64,000 nt of DNA from Heterodontus francisci (GCF_036365525.1 NC_090399.1:57816430-57880429); one strand, 5' to 3'; shown: positions 38,836 through 51,456, counted from the stretch's first letter. Notes: generated by a model from the sequence alone, not told the origin. A program made the numbers and translations.

Positions 38836-40310
38836 TCATAGAGTCATTACAACACAGATTGAAGCCATTTGGCCCATTGTGTCCATGCCAGCTCCCTATA
38901 CAGAGTCAGTCCCATTCCCTCGCCCTACCCCCGTAGGCCGGAAAGTTTCTTTCTCTCAAGTGTCGATCCAATTTCCTTTTGAAATCATTGATCGGCCCTG
39001 CTTCCATCACCCTCGTAGGCAGCGAGTTACAGGTCATTACCACTCGCTGCATATAAAAATTCTTCTTCATATTTCCCCTGCATCTTTTGTCCAAAACCTT
39101 AAATCTGTGTCCCCTCGTCCTTGCACCATCAGCCAATGGGAACAGATTTTCTTTGTCTACCTTATCTAAATCTGACATAAATGTGTACCTCTCTGTTAAA
39201 TCTCCCCTCAACTTCCTTTGCTCCAAGAAGAATAACCCCAGTTTCTCCAACCTAACCATGTAACTAAAATCCTGCAGCTGGAATTTTACACCCCCTGCAG
39301 GAGCGGGCTGGAGGTGGAGGAGGGAGGTTGTAAAACTGAGTGGGAGGTGGGGGGGTGCCGTTCCCGTCGCCTTCCAGCACTCGCTGCAGTTTCACGTGCG
39401 GTGGTGGCGGCAAGAAACGGCCCACCCGCCTCAGGCCAACTAAAGCCCTTAAGTAGCCAATTAACAGCTACTTCAGGGCCTCCTCCCATCACTGCTAGTC
39501 CATTACCAGCAGCATGTGGGCAGCTCAAGACCTTAAGAGGCCACTCGGCAAAACCTAGCAGCCACCACTGCAGCACATTCCTCCCCTCCGCCCCCACAAC
39601 TGACTCCGCTTGCCTTGACAGGGCCCGGCCGATTGTCCCCGGTGAGGCCCTGCACACTTAGCTTCATTCTAAGGCCAGCATCCATGCTGCACCTCGCGCT
39701 GGGTGCAGTACCAGTCGTGCCACCGCTCCTGTTGGCACTGCTGGGACTGAGAGCTAACAGCCCGCTGATTGGCAGCTCCTGGAGGTTGGAGTTCCTGCCT
39801 CAGAGGGGTTGAACTCCTGCCCGAGGACAATTAACGGCCAGGGGCCCGTAAAATCTCTGCATGGCTTCCAGGTGGGATGGAGGCGGGCTCGCCCCCGAAT
39901 TCTTGGCCGTTGGGTGGGGCCTCCAGCCCAACGTACAATTCCAGCCTGCATCCCTGGAACCATTCTGGTAAATCTCCTCTGCACCCTCTCAAAGACTCTC
40001 ACAACCTTCCTAAAGTGTGATGTTCAGAACTGGATGCAATACTTTAGTTGTGGCCTAACCAGAGCTTCAAAATGGTAAAGCATAATTTCTATTCAATTAT
40101 TTATCTATTTATGCAGTACAAGTTCCCACATGCTCTGCTAATTATTCTCTCAACATGTTCTGCCACCTTCAAAGGTCTACGCACATGAATACCCTGGTCC
40201 CTCTGTTCCTGCAAACTGTGTTGTTAAGTCTCTATTGCTTCTTCCTATTTCTTCTGCCAAAATGCAACATCTCACATTGCTCTGTAGTAAATTCCATCTG
40301 CTACTTGTAC
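38836..40310 (-). mobile_element. CR1 3' fragment interrupted by a MITE
   Basis: ORF 38906-39259; ERVQRRFTRMVPGM continues at ~39950-40010. Confidence 0.85.
39277..39946. mobile_element. non-autonomous DNA transposon (MITE) with TIRs
   Basis: Termini gctggaatttta...tacaattccagc are inverted repeats; GC-rich, non-coding; splits a CR1. Confidence 0.75.
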
Positions 40311-40744
40311 AGGAAAGTGCAGTTGGTGTTTGTAGGAGGATTGTACTGTGCTTACAGGTAATGTTACTTGTCTTATCTGGCTCCCATACAGTTTGAGCTA
40401 TTTTCTGGACAGTTAATATCCACAAAGAAATGTGCTCCCAGGACGACTGTGAAACAGCTCAAAGAGCTCCTCCCCCACCCCTCTTCTCACATCATATCAC
40501 ATTCATTTCTCATCAGTTCAGACCAGGATGCACCTGTCCTGAGCTTTGCATTTTGTCGGCTTTATATTTGACACATATCCTTTTGCACCTCGCATGACCA
40601 TTTGCATACTGTAATTTATTTTTACACACGTATTATTGCTGCATACTTGTAATTAAAAATCGAGAAGAGAAAGCTTATTCCGTGCCCTTACAGTGCCTCA
40701 TCTCCAGGCCGATCCTCCAATGTCATCCAACCATCTGTGCTCAG

Positions 40745-41030
40745 ACTGTTTCAACTGGAACAAAGGAGACAAGAGGAGATTTCATTGAGGGATTTTCAAA
40801 TGATGAAGGGTTTTGATCAAGTGAATTGGGAAATACGATTTCCTCTGTTTTAGGGGCCATTGAAGAGGGGGCAATAATTTAAAATGCTCATTGAGTGAGG
40901 AGAGAAGATAGGAGACATTCCTTCTGAGTTGTTTGGAACATGGAATGCCCTACAAACAGGGAGTGGGTGATGGAAAGAGCTTTGCATCTTTTAAAGGGAA
41001 ATTGGATCAATATTTGAAGGAGTGAAAGAG
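40745..41030 (+). mobile_element. old CR1 3' fragment
   Basis: Degenerate RRLRGDLIE / WNALP / FKGKLD coding remnants. Confidence 0.65.
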
Positions 41031-42921
41031 ACTGGTTGGTCAGATTGCAGAGCTCACAGAGGCTGTCTATAGTGTGTGAGTCAGAGTTTGGAGAGTAAGG
41101 TCACTGAGTCTGTCATCCCTACCACTTCCACCTTCGGGATTCTGACATTGATTTCTATTGTTAAATATATAAATTGACCCCGTCTCCCCTTGTGCTGGAC
41201 CTCCACATCCAGACATCCTGTCCCCACATCAGCATCAAGCAGCAAACCTGCTCCAGCTCCAGCTCCACTTCACCATTGCTTGGGGTTAATGACACTGAAA
41301 CTGGTTAGTGCCAAGTCCATACAGTCATCTCCCACTGATGTCAGCTGTGGGTTCACCTTGGGACTGAACAGGACAGGCTCCTGTTGTCTTGATGGTTCAG
41401 AGTGGGACAGGATGCTTATGGCCACTCACCAACCTGTCCCTGATATCCCAGTCCACACCATCAGGTGAAGCCCTGTTAACAGCTTCTATTGAGACCTCCC
41501 AGGATGAAGACAAATGGTCCTCTTTGGGCACCAGCGCCTCTGAGGTGTCTGTGCACAGACACAATGGGCTGAATGGCCTCCTTCTGTGCTGTAATTGTTC
41601 TGTGGGCCTATGGTGCCAGAGTCAGGCTGGTTCACCCAGGCAGCACCAGCTACTGTCGGTGAGTCCATCACCCGAGGCATCTACCATCCCCTCTGGTGCC
41701 ACTAACCCAGCCCTGGGACATTGGTCTCCAGTTGACACTGGCTCATTTGGGGACATCACCCTCTGAGGACTCAACTATGCTCAGGATCGTCGATGTTGTG
41801 GGTGATTTCCACCTTGGTGAGGGCAGTCGCAGGTCTCTGTTAACTTTTTATAGATCAGTGCCTCCCCCACCATCACTGTGGAGCCACCTTCAACCTCTCC
41901 CTCTAACTGCTGAGGGACAGCCAGATTGCGAGGGCACCCTCTCCCAGGGAGGGTACATGTGTCTCAGTGCCACTTCCCCCAAGTGGCAGGGGTTCACATC
42001 TCGAAGGTTTAACCAATGACTTGTATTCATCAGTTGATAGCTGCCTTGATCCCTGCTCCCAGGACTCCCTATCAACCTTCCCTGTCGGCTCAGCCTGTGG
42101 AAGCTTCCTGGAATTGGGAGCCAGAGTCGGAACACAACCAGCATCTGCTGAGGCCTTTTCATGAGAGAGAGAGAGAGAGTCAGAGACCAGGAGCAGGTTG
42201 GTATCTGCCATCCCACACTGCTGCCACAGAGGGATTGGGCCAGTAGTTAACAGGGACGTCTCCAAAGGCCATTCCTAATTTACTGCTGGGTTGGAGAGAG
42301 CTCTTGGTTGTGGCTTTCTGTTCCTTCAAGGAATATTATACCTACATTCCCTCCGTTCAGGGGCAGTGCCAGGAGCCAGTGGACAGTCAGTTCCTCAGGG
42401 AGCCAGTAATTGTCCAGTCTTTGGTTGGCAGGGTAAGTGAGAACACTGTCCGGTCAATGCAAATACAGGCAAACGGCAGACTGTGGTAGTGGGGCTAAGC
42501 TGCTCGTGATGGAGGTGGAATGAAAGGCTGGTCTGTCCAAAGACACAGGGAACTGTCTCAAACTGTTCATAGTGTAACCAGTCCACTGGCCTACTCTAGA
42601 TAGTAGAGCAGGAGGGACAGGCAAGATTTTCCTGAGAGGCAGCAGAGAGGGAAGGAGGGTAATGGGAAAGCAGTAACTGAGCTCTGGATAGACATGGAAC
42701 TTTCATCCAGGTAGGATGGTGAAGGCCAGTGAGAATTACTGGCTGCTCTGGGAATTCCCTGTCTAGTATTGTACTGGTCATGGGGCAGGGGGAAGGGATG
42801 GTCAGGGTGATGGTTTCAAAGTCAACCCTGATCAAATGATTCTTAGTGATCCTGGTTCTTTGTGTCAGGGTCTGGGACTGGACAGAGTGAACACACAGAT
42901 ACAGTTTGTGGAACAAGTGTT

Positions 42922-42927
42922 TTTATT
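42922..42927 (-). promoter_or_regulatory. candidate polyadenylation signal AATAAA
   Basis: AATAAA on the minus strand followed ~20-40 nt downstream by GU-rich tgtatctgtgtgttc. Confidence 0.5.
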
Positions 42928-43204
42928 ATTCAATAGGTACAAATGTAAACTTTAATCCAGTACGTAGAGTGGTACAGAGTGCAATCCCAAACATTTTACA
43001 TTCCCCACCCTCGGTTCATACAACAGGCCAGTGACAGACTGGGTTCAGGGAAGTGAAGCTGTTCATTTCATTTAATAAACCACATTCCCGGGAAACACAG
43101 GATCCAACCTCAGGCACCAATGAAGACGGACAGTTAAAAAACAGAAACTTAAACTGATCAGAGAATTAAAACGTCGAACCTCCCAGAGGGAAGAGATAGA
43201 AACA

Positions 43205-43837
43205 TAGTCAGTGATCTGTGATTGGTCAATGGCCTGTTGATCCCTCCCTATAATCAGTGATTTGTGATTGGTCAGTGGCCTGTCGATCCCTCCCTATGCT
43301 CAGTGATTTGTGATTGGTCAGTGGCCTGTCGATCCCTCCCTGTGCTCAGTGATCTATGACCGGTCACCGGCCTGTCGATCCCTCCCTGTGTTCAGTGATC
43401 TGTGATTAGTTACGGCCTGTCGATCCCTCCCTGTGTTCAGTGATCTGTGATTAGTTACGGCCTGTCGATCCCTCCCTGTGCTCAGTGATCTGTGATTGTT
43501 CATCTGCCTGTCGATCCCTCCCTGTGCTCAGTGATTCGTCACCAGCCTGTCGATCCCTCCCTGTGCTCAGTGATCTATGATTGGTCACCGGCCTGTCGAT
43601 CCCTCCCTGTGCTCAGTGATCTATGATTGGTCACCGGCCTGTCGATCCCTCCCTGTGCTCAGTGATCTATGATTGGTCACCTGCCTGTCGATCCCTCCCT
43701 GTGCTCAGTGATCTGTGATTGGTCACCGGCCTGTCGATCCCTCCCTGTGCTCAGTGATCTGTGATTGGTCACGGCCTGTCGATCCCTCCCTGTGCTCAGT
43801 GATCTGTGATTGGTCACGGCCTGTCGATCCCTTCCCT
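43205..43837 (+). repeat. minisatellite, ~45-46 bp unit GTGATTGGTCACCGGCCTGTCGATCCCTCCCTGTGCTCAGTGATCT
   Basis: About 14 tandem copies visible. Confidence 0.95.
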
Positions 43838-44264
43838 TTACTGGGTTAAATGAACATTTCTCAGATGCAGGAATGCAAGCAACAACAGCAATTAGAAACA
43901 TCTCAATATTAAACTCCAAAATATTCAACTGGAGATTTCTACCAAATTACCAAGCAGAAAATAAACTCAGAATTCCAATAAATGATAGATGTATTGTTTC
44001 ACTATATAAAACACAGCCAAATAAAGATAAAACATCCAGATTGTTTCTAAATGAATCCTCCCAGTGACACAGCCAGTCCAATCACTAGTTCGAGTAATCT
44101 TCAATTCGGAATCAACCTGGCAAATGAAAGATGGACAGAATCACATGGAGGCTTCACACCCAGTACAGGAGTTGGAACCCAGAAAGATCAATGTGGAAAC
44201 TCTGTTCCTTAGACACTTACTCCATCCCTCTCCCTGGTCACTGTCAGACTGAACCAGATTGTTC

Positions 44265-44740
44265 ACAACCTCAGTGTCCTATTTATTCCTGAGCTGAGCT
44301 TCCAACACCATAACCTCTCCATCACCAAGATCCCCTCTTGATCCAGCGCAGTAACACTAACCTACTCCATCTCTGCCTCAGCTCATCTGCTGCTGAAACT
44401 CTCATCAATACCTTCATTACCCCCAGACACTGCTGACCAACCTCTCATATTTCATCCTCCATAAACTTCAGGTCATCCAAAACTCTGCTGCCCGAATCCT
44501 AACTCACACCAAGTCCCATTCACCATCACCCCTGCGTTCTCTATCCTACATAGGTTCCTGGTCCGGTAATGTCTCAAATGATTTTAAGGTTCTCATCCTC
44601 ATTGTCAAATCCCTCCATATCTTCATAACCTCTGTAGCCCCCCAACTTAGAGATCTCTACGCACCTCCAATTCTGACCTCTTTCTTCCCCCCCTCCCCCC
44701 CAATCCCACTCCCTTTAACACATCATTGGCAGCTGTTCCA
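44265..44740 (+). mobile_element. old L2-type LINE 3' fragment
   Basis: Remnants AETLI..F and LQVIQNSAARILT.T...ITP, typical of the L2 ORF2 C-terminus. Confidence 0.65.
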
Positions 44741-45989
44741 GGTGTCATGGGACAGGTTCCCTACAGTCACAGGTAAAGAGTGCAGTGATATGACTGAACC
44801 CAGACTGACCAGCCTGAACCCACAATCCATCCCCTGAAACTTCTCCAGGAGCACCATATCTCAGTGAAGATCGAGTGTCCCAGCACAGGATCACCAGGCT
44901 CACTGCACAATCTATCAGTCTAAGACCCAGGCTCCAAAATGAAGTCTAATCTCTGTCCCCACGTACACAGCACAACTATCTCCCCCTCTCCAGGTGACAG
45001 ATCCCATCCTCCAGTATATTAAACAGCTGCAGTGTCTCACTAAGCAGCTGACAGCATCCGGAAGTTTGTTGCTCACCAGACCAGCTTTAGAAAGTTCCAG
45101 TTCTCCGTGTGATTCATGTCTTTGCTGCCTGGAATATTAACCTGCACAATCCAGTCACACTCCTGGAATCACCTGCTCCCTTCCCAACATATTGACCTCC
45201 CATTGGTCCAAAACAGTTGTACGTTTAATTCATTGGCTCAAGGGAACTGGATGCAGGTCAGGCACATTTAACAGAACAAGAGAATCCCAGGAGGTTCATG
45301 TTACACCATCAGTGCAGGACCAGGGGTACAAAGTAACAAGACAAGTTCAGAACAAGTCAGCAGTACTTAGACTGGTCTCTGGATAGAGACGTGGACAGCA
45401 GTTAGACATGGGGGAGTGTGAGGAATCATAGCAGTCTGAGCAAGGAGGAGCCAGAGAGGCTGAATGGCCTCCCTGTGGTTTGTAATATACAAGTATATCT
45501 TTGTGATGGGGAAGAGCAGCAATGAATGGTGAGGAGCAGTAGGAGAATGAAAGGAGGTGACTCGAGGTTAAATTGAGGAGGACAGCTTCACTCTACCTGA
45601 CCAGACCTGGACCTGCTCAATACTGATGGTGGGTTAAAAAGACTGCTCCTTGTCACAAAACCAGCTGATATTGATGGAACTCCTGTGTATTAAACCAGAG
45701 TTGATCAATGGTAGGCCACGACTATCAGAGTTAGTCACTTTACCATTGGAGCTTGTGTCTCTTACAGACTGGCTCATGAAACTCAACTTACACTTTATTT
45801 ATTTATTTTTATTTCTATTTAGAGATATAGCACTATGTGAGAAATTTATGTAAACAAGTGAAAACACTGCGAGCCAGTGGTGAAACTCAGGAAAGTCCCT
45901 TCCGATACCCTGAGCTCACAGTTACTGCTGTTTATAAACTGCTTTGATGCTAGTTTAGCTGCTGTTAAACTCCAGTGAGTGATTCATAC

Positions 45990-46037
45990 CTCAGGCCAGG
46001 GCTGATGAGTTCGAGGATGATTCCACTCCTCTTACAG
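45990..46037 (-). CDS. UAA: MHC class I cytoplasmic exon 2 with stop codon
   Basis: ttttcacAG acceptor; encodes PVRGVESSSNSSALA* (Ser-rich class I tail end). TGA at 45991-45993, then one base and the donor GTATGA. Confidence 0.87.
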
Positions 46038-46096
46038 CTGTGAAAAAGAAAGATTTCAGTCACACAGTCACTTTACAACATGGTGAATGTTCCATA

Positions 46097-46200
46097 TAGA
46101 GACAGAGAGAGAGACAGAGAGAGAGACAGAGAGAGAGAGACAGAGAGAGAGAGACAGAGAGAGAGACAGAGAAACAGAGAGGTAAACACACACAGAGACA
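46097..46200 (+). repeat. (GA)n/GACA microsatellite
   Basis: Visible directly in the cyt1-cyt2 intron. Confidence 0.9.
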
Positions 46201-46333
46201 AAGTAATGGAGCTATACTGTCTTAACAGACCAGAAATGGCTGTTCAGCCAATCGAGTCCATGCCAGAAAGTTCTGCCTCGAAGACAAGGCAGCTAACAAC
46301 TGAACCAGACTATTGTAATATTTGCACACTTAC

Positions 46334-46369
46334 GATTTGCTGAGCTGTAACTGTGTTTATATTCTCCTC
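46334..46369 (-). CDS. UAA: MHC class I cytoplasmic exon 1
   Basis: 36-nt exon between ctttgtAG and GTAAGT; encodes GGEYKHSYSSAN, a Tyr-containing tail typical of class I. Confidence 0.85.
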
Positions 46370-46524
46370 CTACAAAGATCAGAAACAGAACTTCAGTTAA
46401 CAAAAGCTCCCCCACCCACCCCTCACCCACACAAACTTACTGTAGACATGGGGGCAATGACCAGCTTAACCTGAGCTCGCTTACAGGAGACTCTGCTCCT
46501 CACTCAACCCTTTACTCTGCATTC

Positions 46525-47350
46525 AGCCCAGTCCCTTCATCCCCTGTACAGGCCCCCCAGTCCCCTCACTCCCTGTAGGGGACCTCAGTCCCCTGACTCC
46601 CCATATGGGCCCTCAGTCACCTCACACCCTGTACGGGACCTCAGTCCCCTCACTCCCTGTACGGGATCTCAGTCCCCTCACTCCCTGTACAGGCCCCCAG
46701 TCCCCTCACTCCCTGTAGGGGACTCCAGTCCCCTGACTCCCTATATGGGCCCTCAGTCACCTCACACCCTGTACGGGACCTCAGTCACCTCACTCCCTGT
46801 ACGGGACCTCAGTCACCTCACTCCCTGTACGGGACCTCAGTCCTCTCACTCCCTGTACGGGACCTCAGTCACCTCACTCCATGTAAGGGTCCCTCAGTCC
46901 CCTGACTCCCCATATAGGCCCTCAGTCACCTCACTCCCTGTACGGGATCTCAGTCCCCTCACTCCCTGTACGGGATCTCAGTCCCCTCACTCCCTGTACG
47001 GGACCTCAGTCCTCTCACTCCCTGTACGGGACCTCAGTCACCTCACTCCATGTAAGGGTCCCTCAGTCCCCTGACTCCCCATATAGGCCCTCAGTCACCT
47101 CACTCCCTGTACGGGACCTCAGTCCCCTGACTCCCGATATGGGCCCCCAGTCCCCTCACTCCCTGTACAGGCCCACAGTCCCCTCACTCCCTGTACAGGC
47201 CCTCAGTCACCTCACTCACTGTACAGGCCCCCAGTCCCCTCACTCCATGTACGGGACCCCCAGTCCCCTCACTCCGTGTAAGAGTCCCTCAGTCCCAGCT
47301 CCCCATATGGGCCCTCGGTCCTCTCACTTCCTGTTCCTCAGCCCCCTCAC
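46525..47350 (+). repeat. minisatellite, ~28-bp unit CCTCAGTCCCCTCACTCCCTGTACGGGA
   Basis: About 29 copies filling most of the TM-cyt1 intron. Confidence 0.95.
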
Positions 47351-47482
47351 GCTCTGTACATCACTGGACTGTGTGTGCATTTCCCACATGTGTAGGAAAG
47401 TCTCTAATGCTTTGATATTTGTGCTTTAACATTTTAAAACTGCTGATACCAGAGAGTGACAGACCCTGCCCTCACTTCCTAC

Positions 47483-47608
47483 CTCTCCTTTTCAACGCAA
47501 CTGCACCGATGACAACAGCAATCAGAGCGATGGCAGCAACAACAATTCCAACAATCAGTCTGATATTTGTTCCCTCTGAAGATCCTACAGTCACTGGGAG
47601 CATCCTGG
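47483..47608 (-). CDS. UAA: MHC class I connecting peptide/transmembrane exon
   Basis: ARMLPVTVGSSEGTNIRLIVGIVVAAIALIAVVIGAVALKRR: a hydrophobic span followed by basic stop-transfer residues. cccacAG acceptor; the phase-1 donor G|GTAGG keeps frame with the next exon. Confidence 0.9.
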
Positions 47609-48754
47609 CTGTGGGTGGGGGAGGGGGGGAAATGAGGAGGAGATCAATGAATAACCACAATCGCTGCTCATTCAGAAGCAAGTGTACCAAAGCGGGGCCT
47701 GAGTTTGAATGAGATTCAAGTCTGTGATGTAATGGGCAGTCTGAGCAGAGCATGTTGTAGGTTAGAAAGGTTCAGCATGACTTGGATTACACTCCTGTGA
47801 AGCACTTTGGGATGTTTATCTACATTAAAGGAGATAAATAAATGCAGACATCGGAATTCCACATCATTCCAAAGACACTTCCAGTCACCCAAACAAGTGA
47901 TTAATTCCCACATCAATCTCAGAATAGGCTTGTTGCAGCATAGTGATGGGAGGTAGGGAGTTTCTAGGGAAAGGAAAGAGGGGGTGCCATATTGATCAAA
48001 GATACTGTTACAGCACTGGAAAGGGGTGACATGCTGGAGGATTCAATGTCAGAATCTATTTGGGTAGAGTTAAGGAACAATAGAGGAGCTATTTCATTGC
48101 TGGGTGTAAACTATTGGTCACCCCAAATATAGGGAAGGAGGTCGAGAAGCAAATCTGCAGGTAGATTGCAGAAAGATGTAAGAACTTTAGAATGGTGATA
48201 ATGGGGGAGTTCAATCATCCTAATATAGACTGGGATAGTAACAATGTAAAGGCAAAGGTCAGAAAGGAATTCCTGAAATGTATACAAGAGAACTTTATTG
48301 ATCATTGTGTTTCCAGTTCAATGTGGAAGGAGGCAGTGTTGGATTTAGTTCTGGGGAATGAAGTAGGGCAAGTGGAGCATGTTTTAATTGGGGTGCATTT
48401 GGGAAACAGTGATCACAATATCATCAGGTTTACAGTAGTTATGGAAAATGACATGGAAAAATTGAACATGAAATTACTCAACTGGAGGAGGGCTAATTTC
48501 AGTGAGTTGAAAAGCAGTCGATTGGTTCGATAAACATCACTAAAGAGGGTGCTGCTAATTTCACAGTAGAGGAAGAGGTAGTAGAGAAACTGAATAGAAT
48601 AAAAATTGATAAAGAGGAGGTAGTTAAAAGGTTGGCAATGCTGAAAGTAGAAAAGTCACTGAGATTACTGAGGGAATTAAAGGTGGAGATATCGGAGGCT
48701 GTGGTCACAATCTTGCAATCCTCCTTCGGTAGTGGGATGGTGCCAGAGGACTGG

Positions 48755-48885
48755 NNNNNNNNNNNNNNNNNNNNNNNNNNNNNNNNNNNNNNNNNNNNNN
48801 NNNNNNNNNNNNNNNNNNNNNNNNNNNNNNNNNNNNNNNNNNNNNNNNNNNNNNNNNNNNNNNNNNNNNNNNNNNNNNNNNNNNN
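48755..48885. other. assembly gap (N run)
   Basis: 131 N characters. Confidence 1.
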
Positions 48886-51119
48886 ACTTCAGTGGTGCGA
48901 GAATGTTGAGACAACAGGAATAGGAGTAGACCATTCAATCCTTAGAGCCTGTTCTGCCATTCAGTGATATTGAGGGTGATCTGTGTCCTAACTCCATATA
49001 CCTCAATAGATTAGCTAGCAAAAAAATCTATTGACCTCAGATCTGAATTTAATTGAGCTAGCATTTACTGCTTTTTATGGAAGAGTTACACACTTCTCCC
49101 ACCATCTGTTTGAAGAAACGCTTCCTAACTTCTCTCCTGAATGGTCTGGGTCTGATTTCAATGTTATATCCCCTTTGTCCGAGACTCCACCACCAGCAGA
49201 AAAGTTTCTTTCCATCTACCTTACCCTCAATTCCTTCCAAAATCCTGAAAACCTCAATCGTCCTTTAACCTTCTCTATCCCAGGGAACACAAGCCTAGTC
49301 TGTGTAATCTCTCCTCATAATTAAACCTTTGTAGCCAAGTAACATTCTGTTGAATCTGTGCTGCACTCCTTCCAAGGCCAGTATATTTATACCTTTCTAA
49401 AGATGAGGTGCCCAGAACTGTACACAGTTCTCCAGGTCTGGTCCGAGACAAGGCTTTCCACCATTTAGAAAATACGCTGATCTACCCTTATTTCATCCAA
49501 AATGGATGACTTCACGTTTGCCTGCACGGAAATACATCTGCCACAATTTTGCCCACCCAAACAATCAATGTCTCTTGTAATTTTATGCTCCTGTCTACTC
49601 TGCTTGCTATGCCACTGAACCTGGTGTCATCAGTAAACTTGGATATGTGTCGCTCTATTGTGCTTTTTAAGACTTTAAATACTGAATGGTTGAGGCCCCA
49701 GCACAGATCCCCGTGAGATACCACTGGTCATTTCCTTCCAATTCATACATACCCATTATCCCTACAGTCTGTCTACTGCCAAATCAATTTCCTAATCAGC
49801 TCAATAATATGCTTTCAATTCCAAGAGCTTTAAGAAATCTCTTATGTGGAACCTTATCGAAAGTCTTCAGCAAGTCCACATAAACTATATCCATAGACAT
49901 TCCCCTATCCACTACTTTAGTTACTTCCTCAAAAAAATTCAATTTGTTTCATTAGACATGACCTCCCCCTTACAAATCCACATTGGCTCTCTTCAATCAG
50001 CTCAAATTTCTCTAAGTACTCAGTCACTCTGTCTTAATGATAGATTCCATAACCTTCCCCACAACAGATGTTAGACTAACAGATTTATAATTTCTTGGTT
50101 TCTCTCTCACCTTTCTTTAATAATGAAGTTATGTATACAATTTTCCAATCGATAGGAATAATTCCTGCATCGAGGGAGCTTTGGAAGATTATGGCGAAAT
50201 TATCTACAATTTCCTCACCTACTTTCTTTAAAACCCAGGGGTGAAACCAACAGGTCCTGGGCATTTCTCAGTCTCTACTGTCATTTTTCTAAATACTATT
50301 TTCCAGCTTACATTGTCATTGGTTCATTATTTGTTTCCCTGGAATGTCAGGTATATTATCCTTTCCCATTCCTATGAAGATTGAAGCCTGGAAAAAGTAA
50401 AGCAGTAACAGAACAATGGAGAACATTCGGGAAGAGATAGTTCAGACAGAAACATATAAACTAGATATGTTCCTTTGAAGGGGAAAGGGCAGAGCATCCA
50501 AAGCTAATGTGCCCTGGATGACAAAGGAAGTAAAAGTTAAACTAAAGCAGAGAAAAAAGGAGGCTATGACAGATGTCACTAGCAAGATTCAGTTAATAAC
50601 CAGGAAGATTATGAAAAGTACAGGAATGTACAAATACACCAATCACTACAGGTTAGCAAGGCTTTCTTTCTAGAGGAATAGAATTGAAAAGTACTGAAAT
50701 TATGTTAAACCTGTATCAAACCGCGCGACGTCCCAGTTGCCATATTATAAAAAAAGAGATAGAAGCACTCAAGAGAGTGAAAGAAGATTTACAAGGACAA
50801 TACAGGAAATACATGGGTATACATATCAGGAAAGGATGAACAGCTGGGTCTCTTTTCTCTTTAAAAACAAGGATGAATTGTGACTGAAAAGAGGTCTTTA
50901 AAATTTGACAGGATTTCACAGAGTGGATAGAGAGAGAAATTTTCCACTTGTTGGGAAGACCATAACAGGAGGAGATCAATAACAGATAGCTACCATGTGA
51001 ACACAGAATTCGCTATCACAGGGAGTGATTGAAGCAAATAGTATCGATCTATTTAAGGAGAAACTAGACAAGCATATGAGGGAGAAGGGAATACAGAGTT
51101 ACGATGATAGATTTTTTTT

Positions 51120-51456
51120 AGTTTAGAGATACAGCACTGAAACAGGCCCTTCGGCCCACCGAGTCTGTGCTGACCATCAACCACTCATTTATACTAATCC
51201 AACACTAATTCCATTTTCCTACCACATCCCCACCTGTCCCTATATTTCCCTCCCTATACTAGGAGCAATTGCTAATGGCCAATTCACCTGTCAACCTGCA
51301 AGTCTTTGGCATGTGGGAGGAAACCGGAGCACCCGGAGGAAACCCACGCAGACACAGGGAGAACTTGCAAACTCCACAGAGGCAGTACCCAGAATTGAAC
51401 CCGGGCCGCTGGAGCTGTGAGGCTGTGGTGCTAACCACTGCGCCACTGTGCCGCCC
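51120..51456 (-). mobile_element. full-length tRNA-derived V-SINE (HE1-like)
   Basis: Head GGGCGGCACAGTGGCGCAGTGGTTAGCAC (A box) and GGTTCAATTC (B box), V-domain tgcgtgggtttcctccgggtgctccggtttcctccca, CR1-like tail. Confidence 0.92.

Larger units (their letters stand above)
36990..40692 (-). mobile_element. degenerate Ty3/Gypsy-type LTR element with nested CR1s and MITE
   Basis: Direct repeats ~36990-37185 and ~40500-40692 (caggatgca.ctgtcct.agct...tttgcatactg.aatttatt...aaaaat.gagaagagaaag), beginning TGTAAGG on the minus strand. Internal rve integrase remnant 38527-38757 (KWTEAFP, RWG, SDQGSH.TG, HHPQ). Confidence 0.72.
42900..45128 (-). other. probable terminal non-coding exon (3' UTR) of the class I gene
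   Basis: The donor just after the stop implies a downstream UTR exon. Candidate acceptor ttaatattccAG at 45129-45130; mostly unique sequence down to a polyA signal. Boundaries are inferred. Confidence 0.45.

Noticed and set aside
41190-42916. Several 60-125 aa ORFs in unique-looking sequence
   Set aside because: No recognisable domain, overlapping on both strands and no convincing exon chain.
47604-47606. Alternative AG acceptor 4 nt inside the TM exon
   Set aside because: Gives an immediate stop (GGA TGC TCC CAG TGA); the upstream AG keeps the TM frame.
48632-48967. ORFs spanning the N run
   Set aside because: Artefacts of the assembly gap.
51380-51456. Possible tRNA genes (also ~62197-62260 and ~35950-36038)
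   Set aside because: A/B boxes run straight into SINE or LINE bodies; these are tRNA-derived heads, not tRNAs.
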